A stretch of DNA of 52,997 nucleotides. It comes from Vampirovibrio sp. (GTDB lineage Bacteria > Cyanobacteriota > Vampirovibrionia > Vampirovibrionales > Vampirovibrionaceae). The notes beneath the pieces were generated by a model that worked only from the letters and a program-made list of their open reading frames with translations, made no database searches and was not told where the DNA came from. This document shows, one piece after another, positions 28,752 to 37,386 of the stretch. The stretch covers positions 1-52,997 of the forward strand of contig JAJQJM010000003.1 in the NCBI GenBank assembly GCA_021323475.1, given 5' to 3'. The translations under genes were made by a program, and so were the position numbers. Each line of letters starts with the position of its first letter. Within the stretch, counting starts at the first letter, position 1.

Positions 28752-29078
28752 ATGAGTAAGAAAACGAAAACCAGCCGCACTCGTAAAACCAGTCCCGATC
28801 AACTGTCTCAACGGGAATTGCAAAAGCGTATGCAACTCTTGGGTTTCATGCGAGGCAAGGAACAGTTTTTAAATCTGTTGACCGAAATGCAACAAACGGA
28901 ACAGGAACTGGCCGAGTCGTACAAGCTGGCTCGCCAATGCGATACCGGCACGCCGGAAGAGGATGATTGTCTGGCCCATATTCGGGAACTGGAGGACAAG
29001 CGCTTCCAGTTATTGGGTCAATTGCACGGTAACCGGGTGAATGATTACCAGAAACTGACCTCCCGCGCAGAAGCCTGA
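28752..29078 (+). CDS. Hypothetical helical/coiled-coil protein
   Basis: AGGGG RBS, protein-like composition, basic N-terminus. Confidence 0.65.
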   Translation: MSKKTKTSRTRKTSPDQLSQRELQKRMQLLGFMRGKEQFLNLLTEMQQTEQELAESYKLARQCDTGTPEEDDCLAHIRELEDKRFQLLGQLHGNRVNDYQKLTSRAEA

Positions 29079-29195
29079 ATCGCAGGCATCCGGCGCCTTT
29101 CCTGAATTCGCTTGTTCGCAGGATGGCAAATGTCCGCGTTTCGTTCACAATTTAAGCAGTGGTGAATCAACCCGAATTGGGAACGGACGGCCTGC

Positions 29196-29945
29196 ATGGC
29201 AAACCTGTTTGAAAAGGAACTGGGCATACCGCTGCCCCGGTGCTGCAATACCGGGGCCTGTTGCAAGGGTGCGTCTCCCAGTACGCCGTATCACAAGTTA
29301 ATGGCGCGCGCCGCCAATGGGGATGAATTTGCGCAAGGGTTTTTCTCCATTATGGTGCCGTATCTCCGCCGGGAAGAAGCGGAGGCCGTGGTGCCCGGCA
29401 TTGTGGAGCGGACGCTGGCCGCTGCCAAAAAGCAGCCGGATGAATTCAAGACGGAAGAGGACATTGTTTTTTACCAATGCCGCTACCAAACCGCGGATAA
29501 CAAATGCGGCGTGTGGGAAGATCGGCCTCAGTTCTGCCGGGATTACCCGGATACGCCGTTTGTGGTGATGGCGCCCGGTTGCGCCTTTGAGCCATGGGCC
29601 GCCGCCTGCAAGGAAAAATACCATGCCATGAAGGCCGAGGTCGCCAAGCTGAAAGCGTTAAAAGAGGAGTTGGCAACCCTAAAGGCTCTACAGTCCGGGC
29701 AAACGGTTGCAGAGGATGCCGTTTTGCCCAATGTCGCTTTATCCGGCGAGGCGGGACTTTGGGGAGAGGGGCTTCTGGAAAGTGCGGAGCCGCCTGCCTC
29801 TGAAAGCACCCCTTACGGTGAATCGCACACGAAGATTGACGAGGCGCTATGGTCTTCCCATAATACCGGTAACTTGAGCCTGGTTCTTTCGCTGACCGGG
29901 CTGTACCTTGGGGCGCCGTTAAAAGCGGCATATTTTCTGCATTAG
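29196..29945 (+). CDS. YkgJ family cysteine-cluster (CxxCxxCC-type) protein
   Basis: CCNTGACC, CRY.....KCGVWEDRPQFCRDYP, PGC. Confidence 0.85.
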   Translation: MANLFEKELGIPLPRCCNTGACCKGASPSTPYHKLMARAANGDEFAQGFFSIMVPYLRREEAEAVVPGIVERTLAAAKKQPDEFKTEEDIVFYQCRYQTADNKCGVWEDRPQFCRDYPDTPFVVMAPGCAFEPWAAACKEKYHAMKAEVAKLKALKEELATLKALQSGQTVAEDAVLPNVALSGEAGLWGEGLLESAEPPASESTPYGESHTKIDEALWSSHNTGNLSLVLSLTGLYLGAPLKAAYFLH

Positions 29946-29971
29946 TTTTGCATTAGTGGGGTAACAATAAA

Positions 29972-31090
29972 ATGTCATACTTTGATCTGATCCATTCACG
30001 TGGGCATGAGGGTGTTTTCTTCTGCGCGGACCCGCATACCGGGCTAAGGGGCATCATCTCCATTCACGATACGACCTTGGGGCCGGCGCTGGGCGGTTGC
30101 CGCATGAAACCCTATGCCAGCGAAGTCGAAGCGCTGACGGATGCCTTGCGCCTGTCTCGGGCCATGACCTATAAATCGGCAGTGGCGGGGCTGAACCTGG
30201 GCGGCGGCAAATCCGTGGTGATTCTGGATAATCCGGACCAAAAAACGCCGGAACTGTTGAAAGCCTTTGCCGAACGTATCAGCCTGCTGAAAGGGAATTA
30301 TATTGGCGCGGGGGATGTGGGCTCCGACACCCAGGATTTGAAAACCATGCGGCAATACTCGCCTTATATTGTGGGGCTGGCGGAAGAGGACGGCGGTCTG
30401 GGGGATTCCGCGATCCTGACGTCGCTGGGGGTATTCAAGGGTATTCAGGCGGCGGTTAAAGAGCAACTGAACCGGGATGATCTGGACGGGTTGAAAGTGG
30501 CCGTCCAGGGTGCCGGAAAAGTAGGCTTTCTGCTGGTGGGGCATTTGCTGGAGGCGGGTTGCACCGTGTATCTGTCCGACATCGATCTGCATGCCATGGC
30601 CAATGTGAAAGAAGCGTATCCGGCAGTACGCCTGTGCAAGCCGGAAGAACTCTTCGGGCTGGAGGTGGATGTGTTCTCTCCCAATGCCATTGGCGGGGTG
30701 ATTACCGAAACCATTGCCCATACCCTGAAGGCCAAAATCGTGGCTGGGGGCGCTAATAATCCGCTGGCGGATGAATCGGTGGCGGCCATTCTGCATAAGC
30801 GGGGTATTTTGTACGCGCCGGATTTTGTGATTAATGCCGGGGGCGTGATAATGGTGGCCTGTGAGCTGGAACGCAAATCCTTCCGGCAGGCGACCGATAA
30901 AACCCTGGAAATTTACGACACCACGCTGAGGGTCTTCGATTACGCGCGTCGTCGACATTTACTGCCCTGGGATGCCGCCCAGCATCTGGCGACGCTCCGT
31001 ATTCAGGAGGCTCGCGCGGATGGGTTGCATGCCGGTTGGGGGCAACCACCGAACCGGGACGAACTGATTCGCCAAGCCGTTTGCGTGTAG
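29972..31090 (+). CDS. Glu/Leu/Phe/Val dehydrogenase (leucine dehydrogenase-like)
   Basis: IHDTTLGPALGGCRM, LSRAMTYK, GGGKSV, VQGAGKVG, GGANN, YAPDFVINAGG. Confidence 0.93.
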   Translation: MSYFDLIHSRGHEGVFFCADPHTGLRGIISIHDTTLGPALGGCRMKPYASEVEALTDALRLSRAMTYKSAVAGLNLGGGKSVVILDNPDQKTPELLKAFAERISLLKGNYIGAGDVGSDTQDLKTMRQYSPYIVGLAEEDGGLGDSAILTSLGVFKGIQAAVKEQLNRDDLDGLKVAVQGAGKVGFLLVGHLLEAGCTVYLSDIDLHAMANVKEAYPAVRLCKPEELFGLEVDVFSPNAIGGVITETIAHTLKAKIVAGGANNPLADESVAAILHKRGILYAPDFVINAGGVIMVACELERKSFRQATDKTLEIYDTTLRVFDYARRRHLLPWDAAQHLATLRIQEARADGLHAGWGQPPNRDELIRQAVCV

Positions 31091-31135
31091 CGCCCGCTGG
31101 TTTTCAATGAACCTAATGACCTGCTAATTCCTACT

Positions 31136-31289
31136 GAACGGGTTGGGCCACATGGCTGACCAGGCTCACTACTCTGAGCCGTTATCCGAGGCTCCGGCTC
31201 GACCCGTTCTTATTCTTTTTAGGAATATCTTATCTCTGCGGTAGATGGCTTAGAGGCTGATCAAACCCTACCTCCAATTAGGATATTCC
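31136..31289 (+). ncRNA. Candidate structured RNA (two adjacent stem-closed domains)
   Basis: 14-bp stem 31136-31149/31196-31209 (2 G-U) enclosing ggctca/tgagcc hairpin; 11-bp stem 31222-31232/31279-31289 (1 G-U) enclosing ggtag/ctacc. Confidence 0.45.
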
Positions 31290-31412
31290 ATTTTGTTTGG
31301 CATTTTTGTTCGGTATTAAATCACGGCAATAAGCAATATGTCGCACTTGCTAATATTAATTCGGTGTAAAAAGTGGTTCCATTAAAGCTAAGTAAGCGCA
31401 GGACCTCAGAAA

Positions 31413-31688
31413 ATGAGCCAGCAAAAGAAACTTAACTACCGGATTTGTGTAAGAGCAGAGTCTAACCACCCCATTGAGGCATCAAATCCTAATGAAGCGA
31501 TCAGTCTTTGGCAACAGGAAGTGTTTGGCAAGGAAATTCCCTATAAGGTCATTGAGCAAGAATGGATTAAAGGTGGCTTCCGTCTGGGTGTTGAACTTTT
31601 GACACACCTTTCACAGACAGAGCGGGACGAATTGGGTGACAAAATTAGTATAGATAACAAGATGAAATCCGGTGAGCATACAGATTAG
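31413..31688 (+). CDS. Small hypothetical protein (AT-rich)
   Basis: AGGA RBS, 91 aa, no recognisable motif. Confidence 0.55.
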   Translation: MSQQKKLNYRICVRAESNHPIEASNPNEAISLWQQEVFGKEIPYKVIEQEWIKGGFRLGVELLTHLSQTERDELGDKISIDNKMKSGEHTD

Positions 31689-31713
31689 TGTAAGTAAGGT
31701 GGCTCTATACTAA

Positions 31714-32301
31714 TTATGGTTCTGGCAATAAATAAGAGAAGCTGGCCTGCATTTCTCTGGATAAGCTATCCACCGACACGACTGTTAAACGGATTTGCTT
31801 GAGCTGGGCACCCCGCATTACGGTTAAGGTTATGGTGTCGCCCGGCACATCCGAAATGAGGGCATCCACCTCATCCACGTTTTTATCATAGGTGCGGATG
31901 CCGTTAATGGCCACTAATATATCCTTGGGTCGAATCCCCTGCTGTTGGGCCGGAGTGCCGGGAAATACGGATTGAACGATGGGGTAACTGTCGGGGCGGA
32001 TGGTCATGTCCAATCCCACCACGCCGTGGCTGCTTTGATCCGTGGACTGCTGCTGATGATAGGTTTCTCGAAGCACGAATGGTTTTGCGGAGCTGGAGGA
32101 CTGCTTGCCCTTGGACTGGGACACATCCAGTTCCGGCTGGCGGGGTGTTTGACTATGCAGCTTTTGAGGCGCTTGAGCGATGGCTGCCGGAATGCTATGG
32201 GTTAAACAGGCCAACGTGATGAGAAGGGTCGCCATGGCCGACCCGCTTGGATGCCAATACGGATGGGGTTGCTTTTGGGCATTCTGGGCATTCTGCTGCA
32301 T
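31714..32301 (-). CDS. Exported PDZ domain protein
   Basis: Signal peptide ending AIA-QA; GVVGL, VFPGTPAQQQGIRPKDILVAING; ATG 32301 after GAGGG. Confidence 0.85.
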   Translation of the reverse strand: MQQNAQNAQKQPHPYWHPSGSAMATLLITLACLTHSIPAAIAQAPQKLHSQTPRQPELDVSQSKGKQSSSSAKPFVLRETYHQQQSTDQSSHGVVGLDMTIRPDSYPIVQSVFPGTPAQQQGIRPKDILVAINGIRTYDKNVDEVDALISDVPGDTITLTVMRGAQLKQIRLTVVSVDSLSREMQASFSYLLPEP

Positions 32302-32586
32302 GGCCGTTTCCCTCGATTGGTATTCAAACAATATGCAGGATGTGTTCCCTGTCCATCCGAGATCTTCAAACTGGACTTTTGAAGCGCCGGGAAATTTTGG
32401 GAAATTTTTTTGAAACCTTTACAGGTCAAACCACCCTTCTTACAATTTAAAGATGTCATGGGGCCGGGTTGGTCGGCATCCTCCTATGGTAGGAGACGAG
32501 GCCGCCGAGATGAGGTTTCCGCCCCAAAAATGCTTTACAATATGGCCTAGTTACTGAAGCACACATCAATAACATAGGACGGTAAT

Positions 32587-32901
32587 ATGCCTTCATCCAA
32601 AACTTCCATTGAAACGATTGCGCGTCGTGTTTTGATTTCCGGTAAAGTGCAAGGCGTGGGTTACCGGTTTGCGTTGGCCGATTTGGCCCGTAACCTGAAC
32701 ATCCACGGCTGGTGCCGCAACCTGCCCGATGGTCGGGTGGAAGCATGGCTGCAAGGCGCAAAACCCCAAATGGAAGAGATTCTGGACTGGATGCAACGGG
32801 GAACGCCCAGCGCCGTGGTGGAGGATGTGTCGATAGAAAATCAGGCCATTCTGGAGCCCTTGCTCGGGGAAAGCATCGAAACGTTCGAGATTCGCAAATG
32901 A
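32587..32901 (+). CDS. acyP: Acylphosphatase
   Basis: ISGKVQGVGYR, GWCRNLPDGRVEA, C-terminal FEIR. Confidence 0.95.
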   Translation: MPSSKTSIETIARRVLISGKVQGVGYRFALADLARNLNIHGWCRNLPDGRVEAWLQGAKPQMEEILDWMQRGTPSAVVEDVSIENQAILEPLLGESIETFEIRK

Positions 32902-32915
32902 GACGGAATGGCTGA

Positions 32916-33608
32916 ATGATCCCAATTGCGCGCCCAAGCCCATTTTCTTCCAATCGGGTATTGGCCTGGGCCGCTGTGCTGGGTCTGATGATCTGCTGTG
33001 CTTCCGGTATCGGATGGGCGCAGGAGCTGGATCAAGATCCGTACATGGGTTCTCCGCCGGATACGCCGGCTCAGTCCGACTCCGGCAAGCCGGTACGGAG
33101 CGGTAAGGCCAAGCCCGTGTTTACCATGCGGGCCCCGTTAACGGCCACGGTTTCCAAAACCTTGTATTTGCCCCCGGCGATGTATGGGCAATGGAGTGTG
33201 ACCGGGAATCTGCTGCAAACCAACGTGCCCGAAACCTATCCGGTTTCCAATAACATCTGGATGCTGGAGCGGGTGGGGGACCAGGTGATTATTTCCAACC
33301 CGGAGAACGGGGCCTCGGCTTCCATTGATGTGAAGGCGGCGGAAGGCAATACGGCCACCTTTTTAAAGAGCAATCAAGTGGGGCGGATTACCATTTCCGA
33401 GACGGTCACCATTACCGTGGACGGAGATAGCTTTACCGGCCAGAACCTGAGCAAGCGGGAATACTTCAAGGACGGCAAGCCGGTGAAAACCCAATTCGCC
33501 CTGTTCCGGCTGAGCGGGGTGCGGATCGGCGGAGCCAGAACCCGCTTTAAGCCGGAAGCGGAAGACGCCGGCCCGGATTTTGAAATCCAGGACCTGAAGC
33601 GCCGATAA
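32916..33608 (+). CDS. Exported hypothetical beta-rich protein
   Basis: Signal peptide ending GWA-Q; beta-strand-like alternation. Confidence 0.75.
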   Translation: MIPIARPSPFSSNRVLAWAAVLGLMICCASGIGWAQELDQDPYMGSPPDTPAQSDSGKPVRSGKAKPVFTMRAPLTATVSKTLYLPPAMYGQWSVTGNLLQTNVPETYPVSNNIWMLERVGDQVIISNPENGASASIDVKAAEGNTATFLKSNQVGRITISETVTITVDGDSFTGQNLSKREYFKDGKPVKTQFALFRLSGVRIGGARTRFKPEAEDAGPDFEIQDLKRR

Positions 33609-33625
33609 CTTGCGCGTTCAAGCAA

Positions 33626-33653
33626 TTGACTCCCAATGTTGACTTTCTATACT
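33626..33653 (+). promoter_or_regulatory. Possible sigma70 promoter
   Basis: TTGACT-N16-TATACT upstream of 33701. Confidence 0.45.
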
Positions 33654-33700
33654 GGACACATTGTATAGGCAGACACTAATAGGATGTCTTTAGTAAGACA

Positions 33701-33946
33701 ATGCCGATGACATTGAGAGTAATGCCTTATCTTGCCGCCGCTTCTGCTGGAGGGATTCTGGGCTATGCGTATGCCAGGCCCCTGCAGCAATTACGGAAGA
33801 CTGCCGGTATACCGGCCCCTCCTTGTATTGTGGATCAGTTTGTTTTCGCAGTGAGAGATGTGCAAGGGAAACTGCCGCCGGTTATCCCTCAACCCTCGGA
33901 TGCTCATAATCCGTTTCACTGTTTGAGGGGCTATTTGAAAATTTAA
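33701..33946 (+). CDS. Small hypothetical protein with N-terminal hydrophobic segment
   Basis: 81-aa ORF downstream of promoter-like motifs; contains IVDQFV. Confidence 0.45.
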   Translation: MPMTLRVMPYLAAASAGGILGYAYARPLQQLRKTAGIPAPPCIVDQFVFAVRDVQGKLPPVIPQPSDAHNPFHCLRGYLKI

Positions 33947-33986
33947 ACCATTTATGAACTTTTTTTAAAATTGAGGGGTAAACGGT

Positions 33987-34013
33987 TCAGGTTTTCTTCC
34001 TTCCGGCCGATAG
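33987..34013 (+). promoter_or_regulatory. Sigma28 (FliA)-like promoter of the pilin cluster
   Basis: TCAG-N15-GCCGATAG. Confidence 0.55.
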
Positions 34014-34071
34014 GGTTTATATCGGATAAAACGCGTTTGGATCACTACTCACCGGAGAAGAAGACGAACGT

Positions 34072-34461
34072 ATGAAGCAGTTGAGACAGCACTTAAAACA
34101 CGTCCGGCATCAAGGGAACGCCTTGATGGAGTACGCTGTTCCGGCCAGCATCATCCTGTTTTCGGCAGGCGTTATGCTGACCGTAACGGATGCCACCAGC
34201 ATTATGGGCGAGTATTTTATGTCCGCCAGCGGGCATACCAAATCCAGCCTCAGCGGCAGCACCTTTAAAACCGACGGGTTGGGAGCTTCCGCCTATGGCG
34301 ATATGGACAACGGCTTATCCGGATTTACCAGTTTTGCGGCCGTAACGGATGGCAGTGGTGCGGCAACCGGCGAAAAGGCCGGAGGACTCTTCTTTTCAGG
34401 GGCAGTTAACCGCTCCGGCGGACGACAACCATCTCCCTCACCCGAATATTTATATCCCTGA
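34072..34461 (+). CDS. Flp/TadE-like type IVc (pseudo)pilin
   Basis: Basic leader then G|NALMEY (Glu+5, Tyr+6) and a hydrophobic helix. Confidence 0.75.
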   Translation: MKQLRQHLKHVRHQGNALMEYAVPASIILFSAGVMLTVTDATSIMGEYFMSASGHTKSSLSGSTFKTDGLGASAYGDMDNGLSGFTSFAAVTDGSGAATGEKAGGLFFSGAVNRSGGRQPSPSPEYLYP

Positions 34462-34511
34462 CTGATGGGCAATCATCTGACAGACAGCAGGACAGGAATA
34501 GGCAGAGCATC

Positions 34512-35042
34512 TTGATGACGCAATACCGTAAACATACATTGGCATCTCAGGCATACGGATTCACCGAAGGGTATTCCGGTCAGTCTCTGGCTGGTCAGTC
34601 CCTGGTTGAGTTCGTATTGGTCATGCCCATTCTGGTGCTGGTATTAATCGGCGGCTTCAGTTTCGGTATGGGTACCTACCAGGCCCATATGGCTTCGGAC
34701 GCAGTACAGATGCCCGCCATGAAAAAGCTGGACCTGAGCAATGAAACCGGCGCCGTGGGTGGAGGAACCCTGCAAGGGTATATGAACGGCAGTAATGTCA
34801 AAGGTAACTTCAACACCGGCTCCCTTATCGATTCCGTAACCGTGGCAACCGGATCTCCGTACACCAGTATTATGGTGGGCTCCAAAAACTTTACCCCCAC
34901 CGCGAGTTTTATCCCCGGTTTCACCATAAAGGTCGGCGAGGCCATTAACCGGAACCTGCTGGAACCTGCCAACTCCGGCGCGGAAGTACGCCCGGCCAAC
35001 ACGGCCTGGGTTCCGGGCGGCACCCCGAACCCGCCGCCTTAA
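34512..35042 (+). CDS. tadE: TadE/TadG-family pseudopilin
   Basis: G|QSLVEFVLVMPIL TadE motif followed by a TM helix. Confidence 0.85.
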   Translation: MMTQYRKHTLASQAYGFTEGYSGQSLAGQSLVEFVLVMPILVLVLIGGFSFGMGTYQAHMASDAVQMPAMKKLDLSNETGAVGGGTLQGYMNGSNVKGNFNTGSLIDSVTVATGSPYTSIMVGSKNFTPTASFIPGFTIKVGEAINRNLLEPANSGAEVRPANTAWVPGGTPNPPP

Positions 35043-35097
35043 TGCGAATCTATAATGACTCAGTAACCAGCCTGAAAATACTTATAAGGATTTCCAC

Positions 35098-36051
35098 GTG
35101 CTGAACCAATCCCCGCAACTATCAATCTCCCGCCATACCCGTCCGTTTCGCAGAAAGCAGCGGGGCGCCAACCTGGCCATTCTATGCGCCGTGGCGGTCA
35201 TGATTATCGGCTTTATGGGGATCTCCATATATACCGGCTTGCATGCCTTTATTGAAGGCGACTTGCAACGGGCCAGCATGAATGCGGCCATGGCCGGTGC
35301 CGCCGCCTATTACGGTAAAACGGACGGCAGCGGCAAGCCCACGCCCGATTCCGGTGGCGCGCAAGGCATCGCGACCTCCACCTTCAACGCCATTGTCAGC
35401 AATAGTTCCCTGGGCGGCTTTAGCGCGACCGCGACCGCCAGCAGCAACGACACCAACGACAGCATTACCATTACCGCCAAGGCCGGTATTCCCACCCCTT
35501 TGCTCACGCCGCTGGGCATCAGCAGTATTGAATCCAACGCCAAGTCCACGGCCCGCGCCTTGCGCTACGATCTCACCCAATTTACCGGCCCCCTCAAAAT
35601 TCAGCCGGTGGACGGCAATATCGGTTCCTACTCCAAGGTGGTCCAGTTGACGTTTCCTCTGGTGGACGGGCCGGGCACCGATATTTACGTGGAGCAGGAC
35701 GCGGCCATGCAGCAGGGCTATGTGCTGGAGGCTTGCAATAATACCGAATGCTACAACCTGACCCCCGGCGCCACCAAGGTCGGCTCCAGCCAGGTTTTAA
35801 CCGTAAACGGAATGCCGGTGGTCTATGGAACGGCGACCTTCGATCTCGGTAAGGCCGGTGTGCGCAAGGCCAGTAAACTGCGGATTACCCATTGCAACCA
35901 GTTCGACTTTTTCAACGCGGGCGCTGGCCCGACTCCTACCCCTACGGGTACCCCGCTCACGATTCGACGCATTTACCTGTTCGGCTATGCGGGCACTTGT
36001 GTGGATGACAAAACCTGTCCCATTCCCGCCGGGTTCTCCCCGGTAGAATAA
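35098..36051 (+). CDS. TadG-like pilus tip/pseudopilin protein
   Basis: RRKQRG|ANLAIL hydrophobic helix, LQRAS.NAAMAGA pattern, Cys pairs in the C-terminal domain. Confidence 0.72.
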   Translation: MLNQSPQLSISRHTRPFRRKQRGANLAILCAVAVMIIGFMGISIYTGLHAFIEGDLQRASMNAAMAGAAAYYGKTDGSGKPTPDSGGAQGIATSTFNAIVSNSSLGGFSATATASSNDTNDSITITAKAGIPTPLLTPLGISSIESNAKSTARALRYDLTQFTGPLKIQPVDGNIGSYSKVVQLTFPLVDGPGTDIYVEQDAAMQQGYVLEACNNTECYNLTPGATKVGSSQVLTVNGMPVVYGTATFDLGKAGVRKASKLRITHCNQFDFFNAGAGPTPTPTGTPLTIRRIYLFGYAGTCVDDKTCPIPAGFSPVE

Positions 36052-36068
36052 GCTCGTTCTCCCGTTGC

Positions 36069-36323
36069 CTAGTTCAGGGTGTTGTCTACGTAGAAGATCT
36101 CGGAAGACAGGATGTAATCCTTGAACACCCGGCGGTGCGATGCCTGACTGGCCGTGAAATTTCGTCCGGCTTCCAGCAGCGCGGCATTGTCTACGCTGGA
36201 CAACTGTTTACGTTCGTCGATTACGACGTTCAGTATCTCGGAGGTCATGGGTATCCCATCCTTGTGACTAACTGGGCTGATAACAGGGCTGGCGCTTGGG
36301 CCGATATCAATCGTGGTGTTCAT
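36069..36323 (-). CDS. Small hypothetical protein
   Basis: Fills the gap downstream of miaA; start uncertain (36323 or 36248). Confidence 0.5.
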   Translation of the reverse strand: MNTTIDIGPSASPVISPVSHKDGIPMTSEILNVVIDERKQLSSVDNAALLEAGRNFTASQASHRRVFKDYILSSEIFYVDNTLN

Positions 36324-36401
36324 ACGTACAAAAAATAGAAACCCCTTCAAAAATTGCGATGACTGTCGCAGCCATTCGTGGAAAAGTTTACAATTCGCAA
36401 C

Positions 36402-37370
36402 TCATCCGCAAACTGATTCTGTTATACGGGTTTTTACGAAATTCCGCAATTGCTCGCCTGTCATCTGATCGCAGAACAGCCATTGCACCTGCGGATTACG
36501 CCGGAACCAGGTCATTTGCCGACGGGCGTACTGGTGAATATTAATGCGAATCTGTTCCAGGGCGTCTTCCAACGAGCGCTGACCCAGCACCACCTGCACC
36601 AGTTCCGGGTAGCCGTGCGCCACCCCCAAGGCATGGGCCTGCGGGCCGTACCGCTGAACCAGCCCCTCCACCTCCTCCAGCCAGCCTTGGGCCATCATGG
36701 CGTCAATGCGCTGATCGATCCGCTGGCGCAGCAAGTCCCGGTCCATATAGGTCAACCCGAACCATTGCACGTTGAGCCCTTTGTTCTCGCTGCGTTTGGG
36801 AACGGGCTGGCCGGTGGCCTCGATAATTTCCAGCGCCCGGATAATCCGCACCCGATCGTTGGGATGCAATGCCGCCGCCCGTTCCGGGTCTTTTTCCCGC
36901 AGCAATTGATGCAGCGCTTCAGGATCGGTTTGTTGTTCCGCCCAGTCGGCCATGGCGGCACGGAACGCATCGTTGGGGGGCACGTCCGGAATAAAGTCCG
37001 CCTGGAGCAGGGCCTTCAGGTAAAAACCCGTTCCACCGGCTACCACCGGTACTTTATCTGCTTTCCACAATGTTTCCAGATGGGCGGACGCCTGCGCCTG
37101 ATAGGCTGCCGCGCTGAAGGACTCATCCGGCGCGGCCACGTCAATCATGTGGTGAGGAATGCCCTGCTTCTCCTCTTCGGTCGGTTTGGCGGTGCCAATG
37201 GTCAGTTCCCGGTATAGCACCTGGGAATCAGCGGAGACGATCTCCGTGTTCAACCATTGGGCAACCTCTACGGCCATGGCGGTTTTTCCGGTGGCCGTCG
37301 GCCCCACGATGGCAATGACGGATTTGGCAGCCGGTTTGCCGCTTGAAGCTGGGTTGGGCTTGGGTGTCAT
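36402..37370 (-). CDS. miaA: tRNA dimethylallyltransferase
   Basis: GPTATGKT, SADS, IGTAKP, PHHMID, GGTGFY, HPND..RIIRALE, YARRQMTWFR; start near 37370/37382. Confidence 0.96.
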   Translation of the reverse strand: MTPKPNPASSGKPAAKSVIAIVGPTATGKTAMAVEVAQWLNTEIVSADSQVLYRELTIGTAKPTEEEKQGIPHHMIDVAAPDESFSAAAYQAQASAHLETLWKADKVPVVAGGTGFYLKALLQADFIPDVPPNDAFRAAMADWAEQQTDPEALHQLLREKDPERAAALHPNDRVRIIRALEIIEATGQPVPKRSENKGLNVQWFGLTYMDRDLLRQRIDQRIDAMMAQGWLEEVEGLVQRYGPQAHALGVAHGYPELVQVVLGQRSLEDALEQIRINIHQYARRQMTWFRRNPQVQWLFCDQMTGEQLRNFVKTRITESVCG

Positions 37371-37386
37371 TTCCTCAGGCATCGCC

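Noticed and set aside
31136-31209. Hammerhead ribozyme, tRNA or SRP RNA identity for the structured element
   Set aside because: CUGACCA/GUUA do not match the CUGANGA/GAAA core; no TTC loop or CCA end; no SRP GGAA-loop motif
33966-33981. TAAAATTGAGGG(G)TAA shared with 38506-38520, resembling a SigF-type GGGTAA box
   Set aside because: Only two copies, and the second doubles as the RBS of the pentapeptide gene
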